From the NCBI GenBank assembly GCA_904063045.1, contig CAJFCJ010000029.1:310001-374000 (forward strand): a stretch of 64,000 nucleotides of DNA. The letters are read 5' to 3'. This document shows positions 1 to 14,200 of this stretch, piece after piece (within the stretch, counting starts at the first letter, position 1; every line of letters starts with the position of its first letter). The position numbers and the translations under genes were made by a program. This DNA comes from Dimorphilus gyrociliatus (lineage: Eukaryota > Animalia > Annelida). The notes under the pieces were generated by a model, which saw only the letters and a program-made list of their open reading frames with translations, ran no database searches and was not told the DNA's origin.

Positions 1-88
1 AAAACAAAATTCCATTCTGACGAAAAGAACACGAATACGTATAAAATAAGAGCAATTTTTGCTCGACATTGCGTATTTCGTTTCTTAC

Positions 89-213
89 CTTGCAGGTGGA
101 ATAATGTGTGACGCTATATAATTACGTATTCGTATTGAAATGTGCTCGTTGATGTGTTCCTGACATACCGATCGCAGGTCAATATTATACTTTTTATACT
201 TATTAGAGACATT
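89..213 (-). CDS. Candidate internal coding exon of an unidentified gene running off the left edge
   Basis: Minus-strand acceptor (tttcatttcaatag) and strong donor (AAG|gtaaga); open frame NVSNKYKKYNIDLRSVCQEHINEHISIRIRNYIASHIIPPA, phase 0 to 2. No family recognised. Confidence 0.3.
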
Positions 214-1018
214 CTATTGAAATGAAATAGTAATGAATAATTTGTTTAGTCTTTTATTAAAGACCTTTGGTAAGTTTCCTTATTGTTAATTTATTTTTAT
301 TTAACTAATTGATTACTTTGACTATTTAAATATTTAATATATTGTATATTGTATACTAACAGTTGAACTTGGAGGTTGCAATATACACTTTTGATTTCAA
401 GTCCATATATACAGTATACACAGTATAGATATGTATTTATATATTAATATATATTTATATATAATGCATAAAATCACGCAAATAATACTTTTTAAATATT
501 AGTATTCAATAAAATGGAGATATAACCTTTCTATTGTCTTACTATATAAAAAAAAGATTTTTTCCTTTAAAGCAATATTGAATAAAGTAATTAATAATTA
601 AAAAGAAAAGTGTATAGTATTTAAAATTCTATTTAAATTTTGTAGGTAAGCCGTCAATTATTTAGTTTATTCTATTCAAAACCAACTTATAAATCTTATA
701 CATCTATTATATCAAAATATTACGCCTTTAGTGTCTTATTAGAGACAAAATGGAATATAATTATGGTATTCTGTAATATTAATATAGACTTTGAAAAAAA
801 CACCTTTCTGCTGGTGTTTTTATAACTTTCCCTTTTTTTTTATCAGAATTCTCAATTTAAAATATTGCTTAATAGAGGTTTTTACGTTTGAATAACCAAT
901 TATTATTAGAGATATGGTAATAAATCATAAATGCAATAAAATTTCTATTTTGCTCGTGTAAATAAATATATCATTCAAGCTAACAATCAAGAATTGCTTA
1001 TCCGTGATTATATATATA

Positions 1019-1067
<49 letters not shown>

Positions 1068-2069
1068 TTATAATATATTTAGATATTTGTTTATTTATAC
1101 GGCGATTGTTCTAATATTTTTTAGAATTTAGAGTTTATTTAACTAATAAAACAATGCCCTTTAATTTATATATGTGATTTCTGATTCGTATTAAGATAAA
1201 GCCTGTTGGACTTAACCTCAAAACAGACTCTGAATCTGGGAGATCACGATTGTATATAGGGAATATATTATATATACAATATGTATATGTGTATATATAT
1301 GTTGTTCTGTATACAAACGTCCATATCATTGCTAATAAATATGCTGTAGGACATGACGATGAAATACACAAGGTTATCGATTAGAACTGTGTTTTTTTTT
1401 ACTATTCTCCTTCACAATCTGAATACGTAAATCCTGTGTGTTTTAAATTAAAGCAAAAGCTTTACACCTTGTCGAAACAGGATTACTGAACGACTACATT
1501 ACTGACTGGAGTACGTGACGGCTGATAAACCTTGATTTAATGCGCCATCTGCAGTACAAATATAAAGCCCCAAAATTTTTTATTGGCATCGTTGTAGTAG
1601 AGATGAAACTCCAGACGAATCATTCGTTCTCTTGCGGTCATTAGGATTATGTTCCCAAACTAAATCTCTCTTAAAATCTCGTTTAACCGTTAAGATAGGT
1701 AAGTCAGAACTATTAGTTTACGTTACTAAACTCGAAAGAAGGGATTACGAAAAAAGAAAAAACATTCAGTGAAGATTTAATACGCTTTAAATCAATGAAA
1801 ATCCGGCAGATAATCGTAAAACTTTAATGAAGCCAACTTAATAGAGATATTGTGAAATCAAACCATTAACGCAAGAACAATTTTCTAATTTGCATTCATT
1901 AGTTTAGTACATTTTAGGCGATTGATTACTGCGGCTCCTTTCTTTCTCTTATATCGATTACATAAAGTGTAGCAATCTATGAAATGGTTAAGCTAACTTG
2001 TTAAACTGACAAAGATAAAATGCATGTGAAAATAAGTGAGGGTGAACGTGGAATGAAAGAGAGAACTAT

Positions 2070-2138
2070 AGAGAGAGAGAGAGAGAGAGAGAGACAGGTA
2101 GACAGAGAGAGAGAGAGAGAGAAATAGTTTGTTAGCGA

Positions 2139-2199
<61 letters not shown>
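2070..2199. repeat. Compound microsatellite (GA)n-(TA)n-(GT)n upstream of HCN
   Basis: Directly visible dinucleotide runs; they explain the low-complexity ORFs 1993-2313 and 2001-2273. Confidence 0.95.
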
Positions 2200-2201
<2 letters not shown>

Positions 2202-2822
2202 AGTGAAGGGAGAGAGAATTGATAGAACATAGAGAAAAAGAGGGAAAACATTTGGGAATCTTTCTTCTCGCATTTTTTTTAAGATAACGCAAACGAAGTA
2301 TATTTAGACACATTTAAGTTTTATCTGCATATTTACAAGTTTCTAAGAAAATATAAATATTTTAAGTAATGTACATAATGCACGGGTCTTGCTGAGATTA
2401 ATAAATAAAAAATACGTATGTAAGGAATAAAGCGTATGTAAGATATAGTTACATTTTATTATACAGTAAAGATTGTAGATATATGTCGATGGCGCTACTG
2501 TCAACCGTAATTCGCCAATCACACTATTCGCGTTTACCAGTCAAGATGATCAACTACTATTTTTCTTTATTGAACCTCTCTTGCCTACGGTACGAAACTG
2601 TTCGATATTACTATGTACATTGTTGTTTAGCATATCTATGTACTTTTTATATCATTTTTGTATTATTGTGTATCATTCTAAACCGCTTTTCATGGCTTGT
2701 GAAAGTGCTATGTTCTTTTGGTTGGTTTACATTATTCGCATATTTCTTATCAATTTTGCAGAGCTAGGGATCATCGAGAACAGAGTCAATAGCTTCGCTC
2801 CCGAGTATGACTTTGAAGTGAT

Positions 2823-4836
2823 ATGGCCGATAATGAAGATCAAAGCGCTCTACAGCCACCTGATTATCCAGTCTCCCCTCCTCCAACGTTTGCCCAAGCT
2901 ACCCAAGCCACTTCAGCTTTTATCCATCCAGCAGTTATACATAAGTCTCCACTCGACAGATCATTTTCCGTGCCATGTAAATCACAATCAAACGACAGAA
3001 CTTGCCCACCAAATCCTGCTAACGTTCAACTGACCGTTGATGAGATGGAAGAGACCTGTGACTTTCCAAATCGTCACGTTCCATCAATTGACGAGGCCGT
3101 AACCCCACCAGTGACTCCAAGTAGACCTACTTTAGGTTCGATTTTTAAAGGTAGAAGGTTACCTAGTCTAAAACTGAAAAGAAATCGAATGGGATCTATT
3201 CGATCACACAAAGGTTCTGAACCACCCTCACCTGTGACTTCAACACATGGGCCTACAATAACCGTAACTGGTGGATCAGATGAAGAGGCTACATCGATGA
3301 TTAGCGACTATTTGTCACCCGATAAATTCAATTACAAACGTGAGGCGAAATGCCATTTTATAGGCGATGATGTTAGCTTATACGGTACTCCAAAGGAAGA
3401 ATATTCACCGGTGAATTTAGGCAAAGAGACGGTAAATAAGTCGTCTGCTTCCTCCTTTCTCAAGGATCAAATCATTTCATTCTTTCAACCGTCCGATAAT
3501 AAGTTGGCTATGAAATTGTTTGGAAACAAGAATGCATTATTAAAAGAAAAGATGAGACAAAAAGCAGCAGGAAACTGGGTAATTCATCCTTGTTCGAATT
3601 TCAGGTTAGATTGCTTTGCAGACGATCTCGTAACTATAGGTGACATTTGAAAGTTGCGGAGAAATGTAATAAAAAGGCGTCTATAGGCCTGAATTCCTAT
3701 ATATTTGTAGATTGCTGTCGGACATTGCTAAATCGCGCGTTCGACATTTTAGCAGATTAGCGTTGACAAGAAAAGCGCGAAAGAACATTTAGGCGCGGCG
3801 TCTACTAAACTCGCAACGTCAGTTCGCATACAAGTACAGGAAGTGGAGTGCTGTAGCGGCCATTTTCCCTAGCGTTTGTCAGTAAATGTCGAGCCCTGAT
3901 TACATTTGCAGTCTGGTTTTTTTAGGTTGTTTCCCCGCTGAAAGGCTGTTATTACCAGTCTTAAATTCTGCCCCTTTTTTTCTTCCTTTTTCTTTAGATT
4001 TTATTGGGACTTGTTTATGCTCATTCTACTTATCGCAAACTTAATTATCCTACCTGTGGCCATCTCATTTTTCAACGACGATTTATCAACTAGGTGGATT
4101 GTATTCAATAGCGTCAGTGATACGGTATTCCTTCTAGATCTCATCATCAACTTCAGGACAGGTACGTTACTAATGTTTGTTTTAAGATGATGTGTGATGC
4201 CATATAATGAACTACAAGGCAGACAAACATCCACACCTCAATCATTTGGTGTAAATCTTTTATCGTACTTGGTTCTTTTATTTTGTCTTCAAACCCCTTA
4301 TTAAAAATGCCTTGTTAAGATCTTGAAATGAAAAATAATTTCCGACCGATTTAATCAGAGGCAGGAAATTGCTAAGCTTCAGGGAAATTTCTGCTAACAA
4401 CTGATATTTCCGTTGCAATTGACTGCTACTATTCAGTAATATTTTGACCTCATTTAGTACGAAAAGATCTCACCACTAAAATTTGTAAATAAGCCTAAAT
4501 AATATAACAAGATTGACAAGTGTCGTTATACAAATTGACGCAGGTATCATCGCCGACAATTTCGTCGACGAAATAATACTTGAGCCGAAGGAAATCGCTA
4601 AGCACTACTTGAAGACCTGGTTCTTCCTCGACCTCATCTCCTCTATCCCTTTAGATTATATTATCCTTCTATTCTCACCTCAGACCAACATCACGCAGAT
4701 TATTCACATCGGCCGAGGATTAAGAATCTTTAGACTCGTCAAACTCTTATCTTTGCTCAGATTACTTCGGCTCTCGAGACTTGTACGCTACATCAGTCAA
4801 TGGGAGGAGGTAAGTGCATTACTTTCGCATTATTAG

Positions 4837-4884
<48 letters not shown>

Positions 4885-7800
4885 ATTTATATGTATATAT
4901 ATATATATAAAATATATATAGTAGCCAGTTTAGTATATCTTCTTATATTGAATGAAAATTCTTTAAAGTAGATTAATCTTTTTTTTTTACAAATAGAGCA
5001 TATATCATACATATCCACATCTAGAGCATTCACTACTTTTACTTATATTTTAATAACAGATAGGCCTATTAGAGTTTTTAAAGGCGTTTCCAAAAAGCGA
5101 TCTTTGACTTCAAAGAAGAGCTTTTTGTTCTGGAAATTTTTCTAAAAGCACGATTCTATTCTAACTTATTCCTTAAAAAACTTTATTAACAATAACTTGA
5201 AAAGTAAAAAGAAGAACAATGAAAAAAAAATTTTAGTTCTTAGTCAGCAAAAATATTTCTTTTTAATAGGAAATTCTTTTTTAATTTTTTTTTATTTAAT
5301 ATATTATTGTATTTTCTCTTCATGATTACTCAGGATATTGGAAAGGTACTTTTGTCTCTTGTAGAGAAAAAAAAGTTTCATCCTTTTTTTTTTATTTCTT
5401 TTTTTTCCCTCAAATTACAACTTTTAGCTTATTAAATCGAGCATGATAATTTTCTAAAGCTAAAAAAAAAAGGAATTATTGCATTTAAAAAATCATATCT
5501 ATTTAAGCAATTTTTGTCTTTTAGATTATTTGCAAGAGCGCGCGAAGCACGTCACTTTATTATATTACTAAACACTTTGCACACGCGTTTTTTTCTCTCT
5601 CTCTCTCTCTCTGTATTATTTTTTTCTTCCATTCTCTTTATATTATTTTCGATATTAAAGGCTATAAAAGATATTCTCAACCTTTAGTTTTCTTTTACTA
5701 TTACATAGTATGTACTGTAATTGATCCTGTTGCTGGATCTATATAAAAGCTGCTTTTTTAATTATTCTTTGATTTTACAATAATATAGATAATATATATA
5801 GAAAAAATATTAGTCAAAGGATCAGACACAACCTTAATTGTCAAATTTGCAGTTTCTTAGTTTCGCTGGAAAATTCATGAGATTATTCAACTTGGTTTGT
5901 TTGATGCTCTTACTCGGCCACTGGAACGGATGTTTGCAGTGGTTTGTACCGATGTTGAGGGACTACCCTCAGAATTCATGGGTGGCCATTAACGAGCTTC
6001 AGGTAGAGATTTTTCCAAGCGAGAGAAACAAAAACAAATCATGCATGATCTTTATTCGGCCATTGTTTGATAGCATGTTGCATAACTCTGTGTTTCTAAC
6101 TGTTGTTTCTTTATTACTTTTTTTGCTACTATTTCTGTGCTGAAAGTAGGAGGCGCGCGAACAATTCTACCTTTTACGACCAAATAAAAACATGTAATTA
6201 CGTCTACGTACTCACATGTATTAAACCAACATAAAAATAGATGAAAAAATTGATATATTAGCTCATATATCAATATATCAATATACTTTTCTTTAATATG
6301 CTTGTTTATAAAATTTATTGTATATCGTTGTTTTTCTTTCTTCTGAAAATCACAGTTTCTGAGCGTTGCTGGCATGTTTATGAGGATATTTAATCTCATT
6401 TGTCTAATGCTACTTCTTGGACATTGGAATGGATGTCTTCAGTTCCTCGTTCCCCTGTTGCAAGATTATCCCGCCGATTCGTGGGTGTCTATCAACGAGC
6501 TTCAGGTGTGCTTGCATGCTTCCGTAAACCATAATTAAAAGAAACAGGAATCAAAAAATCGACGCCGTCCGTGTTAATTAAAGCGACGTCTGTATAAGCG
6601 TTCCTCTCCAATCCATAGTCGTATCAACTTGTAAAAAATCACTTATATTTCGCGATGACGTCATATCCTTTAATTCCACTCTTCAATATTTTGTATTTAT
6701 ATAAAATGGTTCTGAGGTAATGGAGAAACTATCCACAACTTAATGAGGGAAATAAAGAAGAAAATTACAGAAAATTCGCGGAATATAAAAAAATGTTTCT
6801 TTCGAAAGGGCATCACTTTTAACATTAGCATCAGGGCGACCCCTCGAATGCTGATGTTAGAGCTGAAGCTTATTTAATTATTATTGAATGTATTCATTTA
6901 TCATTCGTACAGAAAGCCTACTGGGGAGATCAGTATACGTGGGCGTTATTTAAGGCACTCTCCCATATGCTCTGCATCGGATATGGGAAATTTCCTCCTC
7001 AATCTACGACCGACGTCTGGTTAACTATGGTTAGCATGTTAACAGGCGCCACGTGCTATGCCCTATTCGTAGGTCACGCAACGACTCTTATCCAATCTTT
7101 TGACACTTCCAAGAGGCTATATAGAGAAAAGGTAAATCATTATACGTTTGTATGTGTGTTCTTCGATCGATAAACGCGCTAAAGTGAATGCAGCAGAAGA
7201 AGGAGTTTCGCCGCCGGCCATTTGCCTTTGATTATTTGGAGTTCGAGTGCGCAACATGCAGTAGTAACTCGCCCACTCCATAACCCTCCCAACCCCGTAC
7301 TTCTTCTCTTGCTAGCCCGTGTAAACTCTTTCATTTAAATTGATAAAAATCTAAAGGAATTTTTTTTTATACCCACTATCTTTACGCTTTGCAGTTCAAA
7401 CAAGTGGAAGAGTATATGATATATCGTAAACTACCCCGGTCTCTTCGTCAAAGAATTTCGGATTTTTATGAACACCGATATCAAGGAAAGATGTTCGATG
7501 AGGAGCGCATTCTATCGGAACTGAATGAATGCCTTCGGGAGGTAATTATCCATAAAAAAAACTTTAAATTAATCGCTTCTTTGGATCGATTATAACGTCC
7601 CTGTACTAAAACGAATAGAGCAGAAAACGGGTACAGCCTTATTCATTCTGCATTGTCATTTTTTTTCTTAATAAGACTAAAGAAACTATTCTTTGCATCA
7701 ATAAAACATAACTATTATTAACTATGTAAGGTATCTCGCATTAAATGCTTTATCCTTCTTCGCTAGACTGGATTTCTTCTTATAAGCAGTTTTTTTTCGT

Positions 7801-8763
7801 TTTAGCAGAAAAATGTTTATAAATAATCTAAAAGAAATAAAATTGTAGCTTATGTCATATACGTCATAACAACAGGCTATATAACGTTGACTTATTATGT
7901 TGTATATTCTTTTATCATATAAAAGACGGTCAAAGGGAGACTGAGACGGATTTGTGTTACCATGGACGCTATCATCCCGTGTCAGAAAAAGAGTCAATGA
8001 CTTTCATATCATATCTTTACTATTCTTTACAGGAAATTGTCAATTTCAACTGCCGAGCATTAGTCGCCTCCGTACCATTTTTCACTCATGCTGATCCAAA
8101 TTTCGTTTCGGATGTTGTAACGAAATTACAATATGAAGTTTTCCAACCGGGAGATTTAGTGATAAAAGAAGGAACGATTGGAACGAAAATGTATTTTATT
8201 CAGGAAGGAATAGTAGATATAGTTACGAAAAACGGAGAAGTTGCCACTAGTTTGAGTGATGGAAGTTACTTCGGCGGTAAGCGCATTTACCATGTTTGCC
8301 TCTTCCCTTTTCTTTATAAGATTATTTTCACAAAGAAATCTGCCTACTTACAAATGCGAAACGAGTAGCGTCCGTTAGAGCGGAAACCTACTGCAATTTG
8401 TATTCTCTGTCAGTCGAACACTTCAACTCTGTATTAGATCATTATCCCGTAATGAGACGAACAATGGAATCGGTAGCCGCAGAACGCTTGAACAAAATAG
8501 GTAAGAATCCATCGATTGTGTCTAACAGAGCTGAATTGGAAGAAGATATAAACACCGTCAATGAATTGATAATGCAAACAACACCTTTGGCGTCATCTGG
8601 CTCCGAAGGGTCTCTTACTAACATTGAGGAGGAAAAGGCCAAATTTTCTGACGACATGGACGAAGAGATTCGCAAACCAGCGCTCAAAAAATCCGTTTCG
8701 GACTGTTTAGTCTCTCGCCATAGAAGTTCACCAACTCAACCTGATAAGGAATCTTTAGTTTGA
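2823..8763 (+). CDS. HCN: Hyperpolarization-activated cyclic nucleotide-gated channel (Ih)
   Basis: Exons 2823-3604, 3998-4161, 4544-4809, [5853-6002 or 6356-6505], 6913-7131, 7395-7541, 8033-8276, 8336-8763; all GT-AG and phase-compatible. Motifs: HCN domain ([16 protein letters not shown]-type, [14 protein letters not shown]), S4 [23 protein letters not shown], pore [12 protein letters not shown]-linker, CNBD ([20 protein letters not shown]). In-frame TGA at 2814-2816 precedes the ATG. Confidence 0.96.
4840..4921. repeat. (TA)n microsatellite in HCN intron 3
   Basis: Visible TA run. Confidence 0.9.
5853..6002 (+). CDS. HCN: HCN alternative exon 4a (S4-S5 linker end, S5, turret)
   Basis: ttgcag| 150 nt |gtagag; [50 protein letters not shown]. 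Confidence 0.9.
6356..6505 (+). CDS. HCN: HCN alternative exon 4b (duplicate of 4a)
   Basis: cacag| 150 nt |gtgtgc; [50 protein letters not shown]; missed by the ORF track. Confidence 0.92.
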
Positions 8764-10779
8764 GAGTTTTTCTTCAGTTTCTATTTCATGTTTTTTTTTG
8801 TTTCTTTTTTATATATATATATTTAAAGCCGAGAGGATATACTTTCTTTAGTCCCCCCAATGCATACACTGAACTTTAATAATACTGCAAAAGAAAAAAA
8901 ATCGAAAAATTCTATTCTTCTCTCTTTAGTAACTTTGGTGGATTCCCACCGGCGTCTATCCGATTAGATTCTGTTCTTTGAGCTCGTTAACGCCGATCGA
9001 ACATCTTTTACTTTTGCTCCACACGACGAGCAAAGCTCAACGCGTTGTCGGATTAGTATGATTTTCATATATTGATGTAGGCCTACACCTTAATTCTATG
9101 TACAAACGAGAGCAGAGAGGAAGCGACAGATAGGAAGAAAAAGAAGAGATTAGACAGTCGAAGAAGAGAGGGAAAAAGGAAGTTGTAAATGGAGTTGAGA
9201 TAGAAAGAAAAAAGCACGAAACTCTCATTAGATTAACAATTACCGTCGATCATTCCTCAATCTAAAGATTGAAAATATTCAGTGCATGTTACTCTAAATC
9301 TCAGATGATCGATAGGGGAAAGAAAACGTGAAAAAAAAGGCAGCTTAAATTAAATAAAACTGCGCTATTCGATAAAAGACCGCACAATTGTTTTTTCTTT
9401 CTTTTTATACTAATTTACCATGGAAATAAGAGACTAAACTTGGACATAGCAGTCACCTTATAAGCCATCAAATTATTACATGAAACCATAACGTAATGCC
9501 AATCCACTCATTAGCTCTTCGTCAAGGCCATACTGATTGGATATTTCATCCGATTTAGAGGAACATTTTTTAGCTTTTCACATCCGTATTTTGACTGGAC
9601 TACATCCAGGTGCGATAAAAAGCGAAATTGCTATAAATTACTTTAACCTTTACTAAATTCTGCTTCATTAGCGCACAGCGTATGAATACACATCAGCTGA
9701 AGGCGCTACATTCTTATTTAACTTAGTACTATGCAAAATGCTAAAGATTAATGTTTTATATGACGACGCATACAAATTTAATAAAAAATTCATTATAATT
9801 TCTTCTGTTTATCATAATGAATATGTGAAAATTTCATTGATGTTGTCAGCCATTTCGTAAAACTGATCGAAAAGCATGTACGCAGGCGTTTAGACGCTCT
9901 TTAATTAGCTGCAGTAGCAAGATACTATCCTTGTTATTCCGATAGTATCAAGGATTTTATCATTAAAAATGTAGCCATAGGCACACGATTTTAAGGTATA
10001 CAGCGTACCGCTATCTACGTTAAAAGTCTTTTAATGTAAAACAAAACAAGTCTAATTTATTTTCTCTATGCGTCTATATGCAAAGTAAATACGGTGTAAT
10101 TATCAAAGTCGCAAACAAGCGTCTTTTGTAACGTATAAAAAGATATAAAGTTACATCTCTGTTGTTATTTTTATTTGCGGTTGTAAAAAATAGGATGACG
10201 CTCTCCCAAAATCAGTTTCGTTTCAGACGCCGATATGAAAGGCAAGCAATTTTGCGGTTCGTGCGGATGTAAAGAGAAAAATGATTGTGTAAATGACGGT
10301 GTAAATGACGAACGACCCGTCACTAAAGCTTCGGTATACTCCATATCCCGAGCTGACGCCTAATTAGACGGCTTTGCTCCCTTTTATCAACGATGTCCAT
10401 CGAACGAAATCACTTCTCCATCCATAATCTAATCATTCTGTCTCTTCTGTACTTAGGCCTATAGGAATAATTCGAAAAGACAACCGACTTACGTTCGTCG
10501 GCACAACGTTGAGTAAAAGAATTGATTTTCTTCCGCCGAAATCATCAAACGTCTTTATCTTATAAGACTTCGGTTCTAGTAAATGGAAGCCACATGTATA
10601 TAGCTTTCCTTTTTCCTTATCATTTCGTCCTGTCGTCGTTATTCTACTATTAAGTTACATTTATCTATACCAGTTTTTTGCTCTGATTCCTTCTAAATTA
10701 GAGATCCGTTTCTTGCTGAGTATTGGCAATGCCTTATATAAATATTATTGCCTAGTTAACCGGTAATAGGGTCTATCAA

Positions 10780-10789
10780 TAGATGGCGC
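10780..10789 (+). promoter_or_regulatory. CTCF-like motif TAGATGGCGC between the convergent HCN and KSR-like genes
   Basis: One of ~15 non-coding copies of AGATGGCG in the window; matches the CTCF core YAGRKGGCGC. Confidence 0.55.
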
Positions 10790-11266
10790 CAGCTGCAAAA
10801 ACCAACTCAAAAAACTTCTTAAACAAACTTTTATTGACAAACTGCAGATGCTATTCGTCTTAATGCTAAATAATACTATTAAAAAAGATACAGACTGTTG
10901 TAATCATACAATTTAAGATACATCAGATATACAGTTTGTGAATATATATAAATTTATATATACTTGATATAAACGTTTCATACATTTATAATTTCTTCAT
11001 TTATTTCAACATAAAAAATACAATGATTATATATAGACCGTTTATATATATTTACACATTCATATAGAAAATCGTTATCGTATATGATTTAAATATATAT
11101 ATATATACTGCGGTACAAGTTTTCAAGTCGATAATATTCAAGCTGTAGACTAGCTTTTGCTTTTACAAGTTGATGAAATGTCGCATTTAGTATTACTGTA
11201 ATAACCCGGATAAATGAACAAGTCTTTCTTTAAGCTCTGTTTTGATAAAAAAAGCACCAACAAATT

Positions 11267-14200
11267 TCAAGCAAGTCGAAGAGACTTATTGGCGGTTAAG
11301 CCCAATGCATGCAGTTTATCTGGCTCCGAAGAACTTCGCCTCTTAAGAAGGCCACTCTGTTGATAAAAAAAAATCCATGGTAAAAATTAAATTATGTTAG
11401 ACCTCGTCTTTTTATCTATTTCCCACACATACCAATTTCTGCAGTTCGTGATTAATTTTCGCAAAATCCGCTCGATCTTCTGGTTTCTGATACCAACATC
11501 GCTTGATAATTGTCTGTAAAATAAGAAATTAATTTTCTCTTTCATTATTTCTACATTTTATTAATTATTTGCCTCAGGTACTCGTTTTTTTGATGATATT
11601 TACAAGAGTAGACAGAACGATAAAGGTTAAAAGATGTAAAGAGAAAAAAACTTACTTTTATTCCTTTAATATCGTTGAATTTTGATAAAGACTGACGTTT
11701 GCCCTGAGACACTTGCCATATTACAGTTTCTGGCGAAACACCTCTATAGGGATAGCATCCTGACATCATTTCGTACAAAAGAGTTCCAAAAGAGTAGATA
11801 TCAGTCGCTGCAGTATATGGTACTTTGGGTACCAGTTTAGGTGGGATGACACGCAACGACCTCATCATTTCCGGAGCAACGTACGTCAAATGGCCATTTG
11901 GTATACAACCATAGCCGGTTTTGTCGTGTTTCATTTCCGCCATTCCATAATCATTGAGGCATAATTTTACTTTGCTTTCAAGGAAAACGTTCTTAGAGTT
12001 TAACTTTTTCATAGGAATCCCTCGAGCATGTAAATAGCCCATTGCCTGCGAAACTTGTTTAGCTATACTTAGTTTGTAAGACAAAGTCATTACACAAGAT
12101 GAAGATTGCGGCTGCCTTATTTGCTCGTATACAGAAATGCCCTTACGCATCCCTGTAACAATAGCTAAATTAGGATGATCGATGCATGCTCCCATAAATA
12201 AAGCAATGTTATCATGTCGAATCATGCACATTCTCGATACTTCTTTCAGAAATTTACTATAAATTTCCTCAGAGTTTTTGGCATTTCCTTTCCGATAGGT
12301 GTGTATTATAACGTCGCCATAATAGCGCCCTCTGTATGTTTCCCCTCGACGACCTACTCGAATTAATTTTCCAAACTCCAGGTCGTTGTAAGGAATAGTA
12401 CACTCTTTAATGGTCTCATTTAAATCATTGTCTTCAAATACCGATTCATCGGGATCACCATCTTCTATGCCCTCGTCTTCTTCTAAAAGTAAATAAGGAA
12501 TACAATAGTATTACTATAGTAAACCAAATGCACTATAATTTATTTTACTAACCTTTTCCATTACACGACTTTCGACATAATGGGGGCCAGGTGGCGCAAA
12601 TAGAACCATGTCCTTCGCTTGTTAAATCTGTCAAGGAATGAGTCGCTAAATTCTTCCTTCCCGGACAAGAATATGAGTGGCTAAGTACTCGATGATGAGA
12701 TGATTCACAATTTACAGAGATTTGAGTAACGTCGCTAACCATTGATGATCTTGTTTGAACGTCGGATGAATTACAACTTAGAGACGCAGTCGTAAAAGGG
12801 AGGTAGGGATCAACAGATGCTACTGGAGATGAAGCACTAGAGGCAATTGTTAAAGAAGAAGATGTACGAGATGTGTGACTAAATGAGACAAAATCTGAGT
12901 CCTCTGATGACAGGCTAGAAGGGCAACATTTATGCAAATAGGCGTTTGAATGCTCCTGAGCCAATGCTAATTGACGACGAAATTGTTCCTTTATTTCAGG
13001 TGAAATACTTTGCCGTCTCATAATATCTACTTCTCTCTTCGCTCTATTTGTTGCTACCCATTTGCAGAATTTCGCATATAAACTAGATAAAATACCCGAT
13101 TCCCTCTTCGGGGTTGGAGTTCCAGGCCTACTGCACTTGGTTTCATTAGCTTGGAGGACCTTCTTCCAATGCTCATCACCCGTTGGTAGTGACGTTTTAC
13201 CATGACTAGACCGCCGACTATTGCATGAAGTACTGCTTCTTCGACGACAGCAATTTGAACTGCAAAAAAATGAATACACTATAATTTAGCATTAAACTTT
13301 GATGGAGAAACACCCCCATACATTCATAAATCTAAATACATATCCAGATAAATATATATACAGTATGCCGTATATATAATTGTGGTTATTTATATATATT
13401 CTATATATAATTTTGCTGTATGCTGTATATAGTTTCTTACGGTATACTTCTTTTATTAATGGAATAATGTACGTTAAAACGTCACATATATTCCTTTCTT
13501 ATTTCTTTTAATATATATATATATATATATGTAGATATATTAATTTCATTTATAGCTGACATACAAGTATTAATATGATCGTCAAAAAAATCCGCTAATT
13601 TGATGACAACCAACTAGCATCTTCGGTCTGAAATGAGTTCCTGCATAAATTAAACCCTGGCTATTGCTTCTAAAACGTTCCACCCGACACAATTATCGGA
13701 CACCATCACATGATGTCATAGGTTTTTAAAATCGTATTTTTGCGCTTAACCAAAAAAGAGGTCGAAACAGATGTTTCATTAAATAGCTGAATAGTATCTC
13801 TCTAGCACTTACAATTATTTTTCAATACGTCAGCAAGTTTTAATAAGCTAGTAGTTATTATTATTAATTCAAAATTAGCAACCGTGCTAAGGAAGGCGAT
13901 ATTACAGTCATAAGAGACGCTAATTGAAAAAAATTTAGGCTTGATTACTCACCAACACCTATGGCGACATTTTGACGATTTGCATTTATGACTGGAGCAA
14001 CTGCATCTACGTGATCCGTTCGAACTTGCGGATAGACTGTATAGAATGAGAGAATTAGAATAAAAAGGACTGGAACAATATTTACAAAAACAACATTAAA
14101 TAACAATATATAAATAAATGCAATTTTCCAGAAATATCGATGGATAGAGAGAAAGAAATATTTTTTTTATCTTATTCTATTCTATTATGAGAACCTGTTG

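Noticed and set aside
1135-1371. 78-aa ORF sharing YNxDL...IRIRN with the candidate exon at 89-213
   Set aside because: Short similarity in AT-rich low-complexity sequence with different spacing; no clear splice sites. Not enough for a repeat-protein call.
1993-2313. ORFs 1993-2313 and 2001-2273 (THTH/IYIY/LSLS)
   Set aside because: Translations of the compound microsatellite.
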